51,545 nt of DNA from the NCBI RefSeq assembly GCF_006345805.1, contig NW_021834019.1, positions 1 to 51,545 of the forward strand, given 5' to 3'. Below the pieces are notes generated by a model. That model saw only the letters and a program-made list of their open reading frames with translations. It was not told where the DNA came from and ran no database searches. Positions 1 to 12,566 of the stretch are shown here, one piece after another (position 1 is the first letter of the stretch; each line of letters begins with the position of its first letter). This stretch comes from Octopus sinensis. Its lineage: Eukaryota. A program made the position numbers and the translations under genes.

Positions 1-359
1 GTTAATAATAATCTTTTTTATTGCAGGCAGAAAGTCTAAAATTTGGGGGTGGAATAAGTTGATCACATCGACCACGGTAGAAACTGAGACCAGAACATAA
101 AGACAGATGAAGTGCCGCTAAACGATTCTGCCAGCTCGCTGCCTTCTTTTCTACTAAAGGCACAAGGCCTGAAATTTTGGGGGTATGGTTTAAGTCGGTT
201 ATATCGATACCTGTACACAACTGGTACTTAATTTATCGACCCCAAAAGGATGAAAGGCAAAGTCGACCTCGGTGGAATTTGAACTCAGAACGTAGAGACG
301 GACGAAATGCAGCTGTGCATTTTTGCCCGGCATGCTAACGATTCTGCCAGATTGCCACC
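1..359 (-). mobile_element. Two adjacent SINE family A copies (1-143 partial; 146-359)
   Basis: Reverse complement of the tRNA-like head (TGGCAGAATCGTTAGC...GAGTTCAAATTCC) and, in the second copy, the Nin/Deu-like core GAGGTCGACTTTGCCTTTCATCC...GGTCGATAAATTAAGTACCAG. Confidence 0.85.
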
Positions 360-369
360 TTATAATAAT

Positions 370-482
370 GAGAAGAAGGAGAAGAAGAAGAAGAAGAAGA
401 AGAAGAAGAAGAAGAAGAAGAAGAAGAAGAAGAAGAAGAAGAAGAAGAAGAAGAAGAAGAAGAAGAAGAAGAAGAGGAAGAA
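370..482 (+). repeat. (GAA)n microsatellite, about 37 units
   Basis: Directly visible; source of the poly-K/R/S ORFs. Confidence 0.98.
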
Positions 483-841
483 TGCTTTGTGACAGGCCAT
501 ATTTGATAGAAGGATGTAGTGGACACTTGACAGGTTACGTTATTTTATCTTCGGACCAAAAGCAGAATGGACTACGGTGAGACCACAAAGCTTCCATTCC
601 TACGTTCTTACAGTACTGCCAATCCACTGCTTCGGAGAGGTACTCCTTTATCAACCCCGAAAAGGATAAAAAGGCAAATCTGATTACGGTGGGTTTTGAA
701 CACAAGGTAGAGGTACCCGGAATGAATGTCACAAGACCCTAGATGTTTTAACAAATGCCATTTTGCTGTCAGTTTTCTTCATTAATTTCTTGCACATATT
801 TTGTTGTTTTCTTTCACATTATTCCGTTTTCTTTCTTTCAG

Positions 842-1120
842 ATATTTCCAAGTCACAGGAGATGGAGAGATCAAAATAATCGCTGACCCAAGCGAGTTAA
901 AAAAGAGTTCCTACCAGTTGATGATAATCGTTGACGACGGTGGCCATCCGCCCCGTCGGACGCTGGTCAATGTTACCGTCAATTTCCCAGCCCTGGTTGT
1001 GGCCGAACCCGCCACTGGCAGTAGTCTCAGCAAAACCGACACCCTCCTCATAGTATTGGGTGTCTTCTTAACCCTCTTTGTCATACTTGTCATACTTTTG
1101 AGCGTTTACATCGCAAGACG
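842..1120 (+). CDS. Internal exon of a cadherin-superfamily (protocadherin-like) gene: end of the last cadherin repeat plus transmembrane helix
   Basis: Polypyrimidine tract then AG (840-841); donor CG|GTACGT at 1121. Translation YFQVTGDGEIKII...SSYQLMIIVDDGGHPPRRTLVNVTV matches the cadherin YxLxVxxxDxGxP pattern, followed by hydrophobic LLIVLGVFLTLFVILVILLSVYI and basic ARR. Phase 2 at both ends, 279 nt. Confidence 0.88.
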
Positions 1121-1594
1121 GTACGTACAGAACTTTAAAATGGCCGCTAAATTATTGGTGAAAAGTTACTTTGACATTGTTCAGCATTAGAGCATGCGCG
1201 GACTGGTTTTTTTGCTTGGTTTCTTATTGTTGGGTTTCTTGACAGTGTTTTTATACGCATGTTCAGTGTGTTTGAGGTGTTTCGTTTTATTTTTGTTTTT
1301 TGTTTTTTTAGGGTTTGAGTAATGTGTTTGCATGGAGCGGTGTTTTGTGCTGTGTTGGGATTCTGTGTTTACTATATTTAAAAAAAAAACATATTCTGTA
1401 TTTGCGCGCGTCGAACCAACCTTCTTGTGATCGACTGTTACACTTTCAATAACCTTAACATTTGTGTTTAGAGCCATATACAGAATTGATGAACAACACC
1501 AAAAAATAAATCCCGGTACTTAGGATGTCACTTTACAACAGGTCGTTAAATCTAATACGTTATCATATTGCAGTAAATCCAGGTGGGACATACT

Positions 1595-1628
<34 letters not shown>

Positions 1629-1641
1629 ATATATATATATA

Positions 1642-1675
<34 letters not shown>

Positions 1676-1696
1676 CTGAACTGTCTTTAATACCAC

Positions 1697-2114
1697 ATAT
1701 TTAAAAGCCGAAAAGCATAAGTTTCACATACAGTTCATACTTTATTTATGCTTAACAGCTGACCCATTAAGATATAAACATTATTAAATATTTAATTATA
1801 TAAATGTGATACATAATGAATTTGAATTAATTCAATTTAAAAGCTGTGTTTACCCATATCGTCAGTAATTTTATGTTATGTTTATCAGAAAACAGTTACA
1901 TGTTTCAATGCATCAGGTTGTACAACAATATTTCTGATTAACATAACACATAATACCCTTGATGATTTGGATGAACACAGCTTTTGAATTAATTTAATTT
2001 AATTACTTACCACAGTTGTGTAATTATACATTTGATGATGTTTATCTTACTGAAACAGCTGTTGAACACAAAGTGTAAACTGTATGGATTTTATGCTGTT
2101 TTTTTTTTAAATAT
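1697..2114. repeat. Long decayed inverted repeat, ~190-nt arms
   Basis: AAAAGCTGTGTT / AACACAGCTTTT, TGTTATGTTTATCAGAAA / TTTCTGATTAACATAACA, AACAGCTG / CAGCTGTT and CATACAGTT / AACTGTATG in nested order. Confidence 0.8.
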
Positions 2115-3036
2115 ATTGCTCCTAAATATCGTATGATGATTTATGGGTATATGAAATCGAGTATGCTGAGGGTATTCCTATGTGCACATTTATGTGAGTA
2201 TACATACATTAATATATGACTGCATGATTCGAATATACGTGTGTGTGCACGTGTGTGTGTACGTATTCATGTGCATGCAAATGCAGGTGCGCTTACACAC
2301 ACCGATATATATAACGACATATCATTCGCATAGATGTTTATACAAGCACATTAAATATATATACGCACATGTGTGTATGCGTGTGTGTGTGTTTTTATCT
2401 CTGTGAAAATATGTATAAATGTAGGTATGAAGGTGTGTATATATTCTTGTATGTACAGTTCTTTCTGAGTATACACACATCAATATACACATAATTCCTG
2501 TGTATACACAAGTGTTTCTAGGGGTACACATAAGGTGAGTGGCTCACTTTAAAATGTGTATGTGTGATGAGTATGTGTGTTTATGAGTGTGTATGTATGT
2601 GCGTGTATGTGCATGTATGTGTATGCGTGTATGTGTGTGTGCATGAGTGTGTGTGTGTGTGTGCGTGCGTGTATTTATTTGAATATGTATATGTGTGTAT
2701 GTGTATATGAGAATGTGTGCATGTGTGTGTATGAGTGTGTGTGTGTATGTGCGCGTGTATGTGTATGAGTGTGTATGTATGTGTGTGTGTGTGTGTGTGT
2801 GTGACTGCGTTCTTATCATATCTAAATATTTCCCTTGCTGATACATCATCGTCACCACCACAATTACGCAAAACATCATCATCACCACTGACGTCATAAC
2901 TAGCACTGCCGTCATCACCATCATCATCAAAGCAGCAGTAACACTATCATCAACATCACCACCATCACCCCCTCCCACAAAACGTGGGGCGTTTTACCTA
3001 TATCACAAACGCTTACCATTATTGTTCCTGTTGTTG

Positions 3037-3620
3037 AGGCAGCGAACTGGCCGCATCGTTAGAGCGTCGAACAAAATGTTTAACAGAATTTCTTTCAGCC
3101 TTACGTTCTGAGATCAAATTCTGCCGGGGTCGACTTTAACTTTCTTCCTTTCGGGGCCGATAAAATAAGTACCAGTCAAGTGCTGGGGTCGAAGTAATCG
3201 ACTTGTCCCCTCCCCACAAATTTCAGGCATTGTGACTATAGCATAGTAGACCCCCTCCTCTCAAATTTCGGGGTTTTTACCGATCGTAGAAAGGATTTAT
3301 TGTATTTCATTATTATACCAGCATTGTAGGTTGGAAAGCTGGCAGAATGGTTAGCGCGCCGGACGAAATGCCTAGCGGTATTTCGCCCGTCACTATGTTC
3401 TGAGTTCAAATTCCGCCGAAGTCAACTTTGCCTTTCATCTTTTCGAGGTCGATAAATTAAGTACAAGTGAAACACTTGGGTCGATGTAATCGACTAGTCC
3501 CCCTCCCTACCTCCCTCCCCTATTTCAAGTCTTGTGCCTTAGTAGAAAGGGTTATACCAGCATTGTTGGCTGGAAATCTGTCAGAATCGTTTGAGCATCC
3601 GTAAAAATGCCTTGCAGTAT
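3037..3620 (+). mobile_element. Head-to-tail cluster of SINE family A (about 3037-3300, 3331-3555, partial 3570-3620)
   Basis: A/B-box-like head, CTTTCATC..TTCG.GGTCGATAAA..AAGTAC core, and TTGTGCCT..AGTAGAAAGG tail repeated. Confidence 0.85.
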
Positions 3621-3985
3621 TCTGTATTAAAATAAAATGAGATGATACCTGTAATATATTAGGGATACTCGATTATGTTACTAACTGCCTCAGTGCCATT
3701 CTCGCACCTGGAGAAGCTGGACTTTATAAGAATACAAGAACCAGAAAGAACAGCTAATCAAAGAATTGCAATGACAAGCAATTAATGGAACCATGAAAAT
3801 GTGTAAAATATTCTAAATATTTAGTGTGTGGTCAATACAAAATTACACGTAGGTAGATGCATATGTCGTAAGACAAAAACAGACACATTCATGATACTTC
3901 TGTGGGTATAAAATGCATACGAAAATGTGCATACATATATGCATCCATACAAGAACATTCATACATACATGCTTATGTATGTATG

Positions 3986-4073
<88 letters not shown>

Positions 4074-4839
4074 TACGAACTAATACTAACTGAAACACAA
4101 GAGGCCTAATATAATATTTATTTAAAAGAGATAAGAAACGTTATGAGCATTGATACAGGTAGGCTGCGTCACTGCAAATGTGAACATATCTTTCTAAAAT
4201 CAGCGAGAAAGAGAATATTTTGGGACAGCTGCTTCAAAACCTGCTATTTCTCTACCTTGGTTATAAATTATGCAAATCGTTACGATTCATGCGGTTATGA
4301 AAGTACATTTGTCAGAGAGATTTCAAATATCTAGGGAGTTCAGACAAAAGAAACAGACCGACTAAATGAAATCTGTAAGGGGAACAGTGTAAAACTACGA
4401 GATTTGGGGTTCAATGTTTACTGGGTATTTCTTTTGTTCTTTTTATTTTCCTTACTCAAATTTGAAAGATCTACCTTTGTTTCTTTGTTGGGAGCCAACT
4501 CTTTCCATGTAGGAAAAAAGCAAAAAATTAAAGGCGGGAAAAAAGGAAAACAAACATAGGTGTAGTCATAGATATGCATTTCAGAAGTTCGCTTCGCAAT
4601 CACATGGTTCAACCCTAGCTCGTGGCACTGCGCCGTAAGGCCAAACTCCTTATGAGCGAGAAACCCAGGGTAACTCCATAAATCGGCCACCCTCGTTATG
4701 ATATCAACTGCTCTACATGCTAGAGTGTGCTTCTCCTCCGGATTTATGTATTTCTATATATGTGTGTGTGTGTGTGTGATTGTAACGGTATGTGTGTGAG
4801 TGTAACGTATGTGTGTGTGTGTGTCTGTAATGGTATACG

Positions 4840-5020
4840 CTTGGCAACCGGTGTTGTTCTATTTACGTCTCTGTAACTTAGTGATTCAGCAAAATATACC
4901 GACAGAGTAAGTACCAGACTTAAAAATATGTACCACGGTCGACTTGATTCGACTAATCACTTGAATGTGATACTCCAGTATGGCCGCAGTCGAACGACTG
5001 AAACAAGTAAAATAAGAAAT
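4840..5020 (+). mobile_element. SINE family B, 3' half (another at about 12752-12918)
   Basis: CGCTTG.CAAC.GGTGTTG...TAAGTAC...CAG.ATGG.CGCAGTC...CTGAAACA blocks. Confidence 0.75.
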
Positions 5021-5529
5021 AAATCAAAGACTACAGAAAAGAGTTGTTTTTTTAAGTACTGTAAGTGCATTTAATATGCAAAACACAAAGAGAGAGAGAG
5101 GAGAGAGAAGGTGGGGAGAAAGCGAGAAAGACGGGGAGAGAGAGTGTTGTGGGGAGTGGAGTGGACGAGATAGACTTGAGACAGAGAAAATAAATTTGAA
5201 ATTATTTTTGAAACATAATGTTAAAGTAAACTGGAATATATTTTAGCGGCCGCCATATTTCTAGAGATAAACATCATTTCTGACTTTGCTGAAATACCCG
5301 CAAACATTTCGTCTCGTCTGCAAGTGTGTCTTTCCATATCAATTCCAGGGGGTTTCTGATCGATGTTTCGTTCTCTCTATTTATTTATTTCTCTCTCCAT
5401 CCTTCTCTCGCTCATGGCGTCTCTCTCGCGCATTCTCATGCTATCCTCTGTTATTTTTTCATGCTTTCTTTTGCTTGCTCTCATACTATCTCTAGCTCTC
5501 TTAGCCCTCTCTCTCTCTCTCTATCTATG

Positions 5530-5577
<48 letters not shown>

Positions 5578-6590
5578 CTTGACATTCACGTCTTCTCTTA
5601 TATGATAATAAACAGTGTAGCTAGAGACAGTGTCATGTATGTCAGTATGGAGTTGTTGTCGTTGTGGATGTTCATGTGTCAAAAACAGGTTTGAAACTGA
5701 CAGTACTCATGACCTGATATGTTTATAAATTTTGTGTGTGTGTGTGTGTGTGTGTTGTGTGTTGTGTGGTTGGGTGCGGTGTGTAAATATGTGTATATGT
5801 TGTGTATGTGTGGTGTGTGTATATGTATGTACACACAGTCACTATAATATATATATATTATCACATATATATATATATTATATATATATATATATATAAT
5901 ATATATATATATATACACGCATATATATAATAACGTATATATATATAATCACATACATATATATAATCACATATATGATAACGTATATATATATATATAA
6001 TCACATATAAGCTTGCGCCACCATCATCTCACACCTCAATATAATCGAATATATGTTATGATATGCTGCCAATATGTCGGGCGCATACTGTAACTATTGT
6101 AATTAAAATGCAAACAATAACAGACACACACACGCTCGTATGCACATAAGCACACAAACACACACACACGCAGAAAAACACGTACCATGATGATGATGGT
6201 GACGAAGTTGATGACAACGAGTAACTCATCAAATTACAATATCATACATGATGTTGATGGTCGTGATGAGGATGCTGATGCTGACGAAGAGTATAGTGAT
6301 AGTGGAGGTGGATGAGGATGATGATGGCGCGTAGCTTATATTTTTACTCTTTTGCACTGTGAGGTTTGACATTCGATCGAACCCCTTTTTCTGCATATTG
6401 CTGTATTTCTAGACAAAAGGTGAATAAAAAGGTAAGTCATATCGAACGGGGTTTTCACAAATATTAGACCTGTAGATGGAAAGACAAATTGATTCACATA
6501 GAGAGATATACAACGATGACAGACTAACAGGTAGGGCAACAAGTTCGGCTACAACCTTACATTTATACATAATATACAGACAACATATCT

Positions 6591-6641
<51 letters not shown>

Positions 6642-6642
6642 G

Positions 6643-6701
<59 letters not shown>

Positions 6702-6744
6702 AGATATAGATGCATCTTTGTAACCGGACCTGTTGCTCTAGCAG

Positions 6745-6785
<41 letters not shown>

Positions 6786-7574
6786 GGGATAAGTATGATC
6801 CAGGCGATCACCTGCTCAGCATTTCATTCTGGAACTTTGTTAGCATAGTGTCCAAATAACCGAATGATAATTAGTTATACCTCGATTCATTACATAAGAT
6901 GCACTTGGCCAATCCAAGTTATGTATATCCAGTAGGTATGTTGTAATCTTATAATAATTATTTTAATTCAGTAAATAATAAATAATAAATTCAGGAAATA
7001 AAGAAGTCAAATCAAAGAGGTGATATTGATTCAAATCAAAACATCTGAAGGATTTTATTTTGGCATCAGTTGCATAATTTCGTATATAATACTGAATAAA
7101 CAACGTTTGTTCATGGAAACATACATAACATTGATTTGACTTCTCTTTTCTTCAATAAAAGTAACTGTGTGTACGTGCGCGCGCGCGGTATGGAGCTGGG
7201 AGTACTTGAAATGCTAAATGACTACACATGTTAGATACAGTGGATATGTTTAATAGATGTTTCGTAGCTGCGAAAAGCTGCCCGATGATACGAGTTATTA
7301 TCACTGGACCTGTGAAACGGGGAGATAAAGAGAGAGATAAATGGAGAGAGGGGTAGCTAGATGATGGGACATAGACAAGCATATATCGTTATTGCTTCAA
7401 GTGTTTCAAATATATTCGTCCTCGAGGACCAGCATCATTGACTCAGATAAATAATTCTTTTTTAAAAAAACACAATAGGTCTCGAAGCTCATAAAGTTGT
7501 AAACGATAGCATCGAAATATTGGATTGAAAAAAACCCTTTTGGATATATATATATATACACACACAGAGTATTT

Positions 7575-7617
<43 letters not shown>

Positions 7618-7945
7618 AGAGACACTAACATAGATAAATAGGCATTCATACACAAACATACAGGCTTACATATGATAAATGTCAGGTATATATTCACATG
7701 CTTATGTGTGTGTGTATATATATATATATATTATATATATATATATATATATTATATATTATATATATATTATATATATAGCAGACACACACCACATTAT
7801 GATTATTGTATATGGAAAAAAAGGGAAAAGAAAGTAATTTTAGGTAAAATTATCTGTCTCCAAACTTCAGTATATATGTTTGTGTCTATATGTACATACA
7901 GACCACAGACACACACAAACACACACACACACTATATATATATAT

Positions 7946-8009
<64 letters not shown>

Positions 8010-8177
8010 ATATATATATATATATGCATGTTTATGTGGAAGGTGCATGTGTGTAAGTATTTATTGCGTGTGTATGTATAATTTTCGACTCGTACATGTA
8101 TGTATTCATAAACGTGTGTTTATATACATTGCTTTACCAATCTACAACTCATGCACTATATATATGCATTTATATAT

Positions 8178-8238
<61 letters not shown>

Positions 8239-8782
8239 ATACACATGTATATTATATATATATGTGTGTGTGTACAAGCCGTAAAACAGTAATACAATGT
8301 GGATAGATAGATAAGTAGATAGGTAGATATGTAGATAGATAGGTATGTAGGTACGTAGGCAGGCAGGTAGGTCGATACATACATACATAAGTCGTAAAAT
8401 AGTAATGGAAGACGTTATATTACCGATGGTTCTTAGATCAGCTGACAGATGGAAAATGAATGAAGGGAAAACTTGACAGGCTATCAAACAATATCACTAA
8501 CAACAACAACAGCAACAACAAGCCAGTAAATTATTTTAAACTATTCAATAGTCACGCGATCCGTGTCACTCTAATCTTTCCATGTCAACAAATCGGTTCG
8601 ATTTATTGTTTAACAAGGTTAGGCTGAACATGAAATAGTTTATCTGCAGTTTGCCTTTTCATAGCCTTTTTCTCCTTTATTACTAAATTCCGCCATTTTG
8701 TATGCTTCCAGAATTATATTTTTAGTAATTGCTTTACACACACACATTATACATGTGTGCGTGTGTGCGCGTGTGTGTGTGT

Positions 8783-8816
<34 letters not shown>

Positions 8817-9599
8817 TGTAGTATAGTATACATTTTTCTGCATCTTTTAATAACTGTTGCCGGCACTTTTCTGAGATGGTTGTTGTTTGGTCCCCAGATC
8901 AACGCTGATTGAATAAACCAACTATCGGAGATATTCAAACTGTGACCATCCCCAGCTTGGTGGAGGTTCATTTCTTAATCCATTTATTTACTTATCTTTG
9001 TATTTTCTAGGACAAACATGTCCGATGAAACCTTTGTCGTAGGATGGTGGTTCGTTACTCGCAAAGAAGTTTGGCTGGTGTTTCTAGCAGTTCGTGCGAC
9101 CGCACAGTTTCCTTCTTTTACTTCGTCTCCATCGGAGTTTTAGACACGGCAGAGTGTCAAACAACATACATTGCGGTATTTAGTTTCATCTCTTTATGCA
9201 GCTCAAACTTCAAATCCCATCCGAGGTCAACTTTTTCACTCTTATCCATCCATTGATTGATAAAATATAGTTTCAATCATTTTTTTAGTTCAACAAACCA
9301 TGACAATGAAAACCCGCTCTTGACATATTTTGGAATTTTTCCTCATAATTACCTTCCTCCTCTGTCACCCTTCTGACAATAAACTTAACGGTAGAATCAC
9401 TTTTATTTTTATTATATGGATCTTAGAACATGGCCATCTTTAGGGGTAATCTAGTAATGTCTTTACAGAAATAGCTGCGAATCATTGCATTTGCAGTAAT
9501 CATAAAGATAACGATAGGCACATTTCTTATTTGTCCGAATGCTTTTTAATGAAATGGATAGTTCAGGAAAATTCCTAATCTTTCTACCGAGCTAAAGTC

Positions 9600-9812
9600 A
9601 TATGACTGAGCTTGGGGTTACGGGTGTACTAAAGAGGAAGGTCATAAATTCTATTACTGAAGCTACAGAGGAGCCTTGCATAAGGGATCAGACTGACTTG
9701 CTGCTGCTACGATGCAAGAAGGGACTTGATCAACTCCAGCCTAGGTCGTCTAGGAGAAAGGGGCCTGACAGTGAACAACCCCAAACCTTCCTAGAATCAT
9801 AGAAACATCACT
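9600..9812 (+). mobile_element. Decayed Hero/R2-group non-LTR element, C-terminus and 3' UTR
   Basis: TELGVTGVLKRKVINSITEATEE resembles the LGxxGxxxRxxIxxxxEAAE end of RLE domains; the following GATCAACTCCAGCCTAGGTCGTCTAGG resembles Hero-type 3' UTRs (recognition from memory). Confidence 0.45.
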
Positions 9813-9920
9813 CAGAACTGCTGAAGCATGGAATAATCTCTCTGCATCAGAGACTGGTTGTCGGAACATAAGATCCTTTAAAACTCCCATGCATCCTGAA
9901 ATTCACCAACAGCACACCTC
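9812..9920 (+). mobile_element. Decayed CR1/L2-group LINE 3' fragment
   Basis: Translates RTAEAWNNLSAS...IRSFK, similar to the RVVxxWNxLPxxVV...SFK end motif. Confidence 0.45.
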
Positions 9921-9976
9921 ATGTTCCACTCCATTTTTTTCTTAACGACTTATTCCGTTCTATTTTATGTAGAATA

Positions 9977-10330
9977 GTAGTTAGGGCAGCGGACTCGCGG
10001 TCGTAGGATCGCGGTTTCGATTCCCAGACCAGGGCGTTGTGAGTGTTTATTGAGCGAAAACACCTAAAGTTACACAAGGCTCCGGCAGGGGGTGGTCACG
10101 AACACTGCTGTACTCTTTCACCACAACTTTCTCTCACTCTTTCTTCCAGTTTCTGTTGTACCTGTATTTCAAAGGGGACTCTTTGTCACGCTGAATCTCC
10201 CTGAGAAGTACGTTAAGGGGGTACACGTGTCTGTGGAGTGCTCAGCCACTTGCACGCTAATTTCACGAGCAGGCTGTTCCGTTGATCGGATCAACTGGAA
10301 CCCTCGTCGTCGTAACCGACGGAGTGCCAC
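9977..10330 (+). mobile_element. SINE family C
   Basis: tRNA-like head GTTAGGGCAGCGGACTCGCGGTCGTAGGATCGCGGTTTCGATTCCC; 5' part shared with 18250-18418 (-), 3' part shared with 12286-12566. Confidence 0.82.
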
Positions 10331-10493
10331 TGTTCATGCGCTTTTGGCTACTTTTCTTGTGAGTTGTAGTGTACCTGGGCAGTAATGTGTACAACAATTT
10401 TCATTATTATTACGACCATTTTATTATATACATGTGTGTGTGTACATGTATGAATACGAGTCCGTAGATATATACATATATGAATCCATGTGT

Positions 10494-10757
<264 letters not shown>

Positions 10758-11720
10758 CACTCCACTGAATACATTCACCGACCTGGTGGCGCTGTTAAAC
10801 CGATGACGTCCAGATATGTACCGCGTTAAAGTCATTTGCTATTGGTAGCAAACTTTTAATTTTTCGCATGGAAAATTATGTCAGGCTTATGATTGTATCA
10901 TTTTGGTGGTCGGTTAATAAGTCTCAAATTCCAGACTATTTTTCGAATTTTCACTTTCTGAGGCTTGAGGACCTAAAACTGGGTGGCCAGCCGCGTGTAT
11001 GATTTAACTTTGCTTCATTGTTGTGTCTCCAAATATATTTTATAGAAACTTAAATAGGATTTTCTCTCACAATGTGGTGTATTATTTCATATCTTAGGAG
11101 AATAGTTTCCATCTGTTATTATCTCAGTATGGAAGTTGCAGCTATTTTACGGTCTCCTAGTCAGTGAAACGGCGTGGCTTAAAGGTCCGGGTACACAGCT
11201 TACGATCGTAAGGCCATGAGTTCGATTCCCAGGCTGCGCATTGTGTCCTTGAGAAAGGCATGTCTCTATGTTTTCACTGTTCTCTGTATGTTCAACTGAC
11301 TAAATTAGAATATGGTCAATATTTCAGATTATACGTTGTATAATTGCTGTTTATTACACAGACAACAGATTGAGGAGGCAAAATGCAGGAGAAGAAAGGA
11401 GCGTCTTCAACATCCTCGACCTGCACCGAGTTCTGCCCACGACTCTTTCACCACCGACTTGGACTCCAAAGTCACTTTCGGCACAAACATCAGCCGAGGA
11501 GACAGGATGGAGACTGACGAACCCAATGCTCAGATACGAGCTGGAGCCGACGATATTACACATTTCTTCTTTGTTAATAATTCATTCCATTTACATTTCG
11601 TTTCAACTCGCCTCCTTCACTTCTTCTTTACACTTCAATCACCTGAGACTCCTAGATTTGATCAATATAAATAAATAGATTTACTCCTTGTTTCTCTGGG
11701 ATAAAGTAAGTGATGTAGAC

Positions 11721-11765
11721 CGTTCTGATGAGACCCCCAATAAGGGTCAAAAATTGATTAAGACT
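11721..11765 (+). ncRNA. Decayed minimal hammerhead-ribozyme-like motif
   Basis: CTGATGA-GACCC-CCAATAA-GGGTC-(G>A)AA-AATTGATT-A; both defects are CpG-decay-type changes. Confidence 0.5.
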
Positions 11766-12178
11766 CTCTCTTTTTCTTACTCTTTTACTTGTTTCAGTCA
11801 TTTGACTGCGGCCTGCTGGAGCACCGCCTTTAGTCGAGCAAATTGACCCCAGGACTTATTCTTTATAAGCCTAGTACTTATTCTATCGGTTTCTTTGCCG
11901 AACCGCTAAGTTACGTGGACGTAAACACACCACCATCGGTTGTCAAGTGATGTTGGGGAGACCAACAAACACACACAAACATATACACACACATACATAT
12001 ATATATACATATATACGACCGACTTCTTTAAGTTTCCGTTGATCAAATCCACTCACAAGGCTTTGGTCAGCCCGAGGCTATAGTAGAACACACTTGCCCA
12101 AGGTGCCACGCAGTGAGACTGAACCCAGAACCATGTGGTTGGTAAGCAAGCGACTTACCACACAGCCACTCCTGCGCC
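11766..12178 (-). mobile_element. SINE family B, full length
   Basis: Reverse strand reads GGCGCAGGAGTGGCTGTGTGGTAAG...GGTTCAGTC (tRNA-like), internal (TG/TA)n, and tail GGCGGTGCTCCAGCA.GGCCGCAGTCAAATGACTGAAAC. Confidence 0.88.
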
Positions 12179-12285
12179 TTTCATCATGTTTCAATCTACG
12201 GAGAAATAGATACATTTGTTGTTTGTTAGAATGTTGACTAGCTAGACTTACATGTGTATATGAAAGAGTATTTCTTTTAGTGAAA

Positions 12286-12566
12286 GCGAGTGGTTCAAAA
12301 GTTAAGGAATTCGGCTCACAATCGTAAGGTCATGAGTTCGATTCCTGGCCGCGTGTTGTGTCCTTAAGCAAGACACTTTATTCCACGTTGCTTCAGTTCA
12401 CTCAACTAGCAAAAATGAGTTGTAGCTGTAATTCAAAGGGTCAGTCTTGTCACACTGTGTCACGCTGAATCTCCCTGAGAATTACGTTAAGGATACACGT
12501 GTCTGTGGAGTACTCAGCAACTTGTACGTTAATTTCATGATCAACTGAAACTCACTGAGTGCCAGT
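12286..12566 (+). mobile_element. SINE related to family C (shared 3' body); head also seen at 11170-11310
   Basis: GAGTTCGATTCC B box and TGTCACGCTGAATCTCCCTGAGAA.TACGTTAAGG shared with 10185-10280. Confidence 0.75.

Noticed and set aside
801-1190. Treating ORFs 801-1190 and 46210-46653 as complete genes
   Set aside because: They start at non-ATG codons and run across clear splice sites into intronic sequence; only the exon portions look coding.
6855-6962. Weak hairpins at 6855-6962, 17265-17318, 22232-22259, 25530-25615, 31923-32003
   Set aside because: Short or AT-rich matches that cannot be separated from chance by eye; they may be very old foldbacks.
5250-8699. YY1-like CCGCCATNTT motifs at about 5250 and 8690
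   Set aside because: Short motifs without promoter context; not distinguishable from chance.
9011-9143. Good-looking acceptor TTTGTATTTTCTAG with a short phase-2 open frame
   Set aside because: No convincing donor, an implausible peptide and an early stop; weaker than the 35733 candidate.
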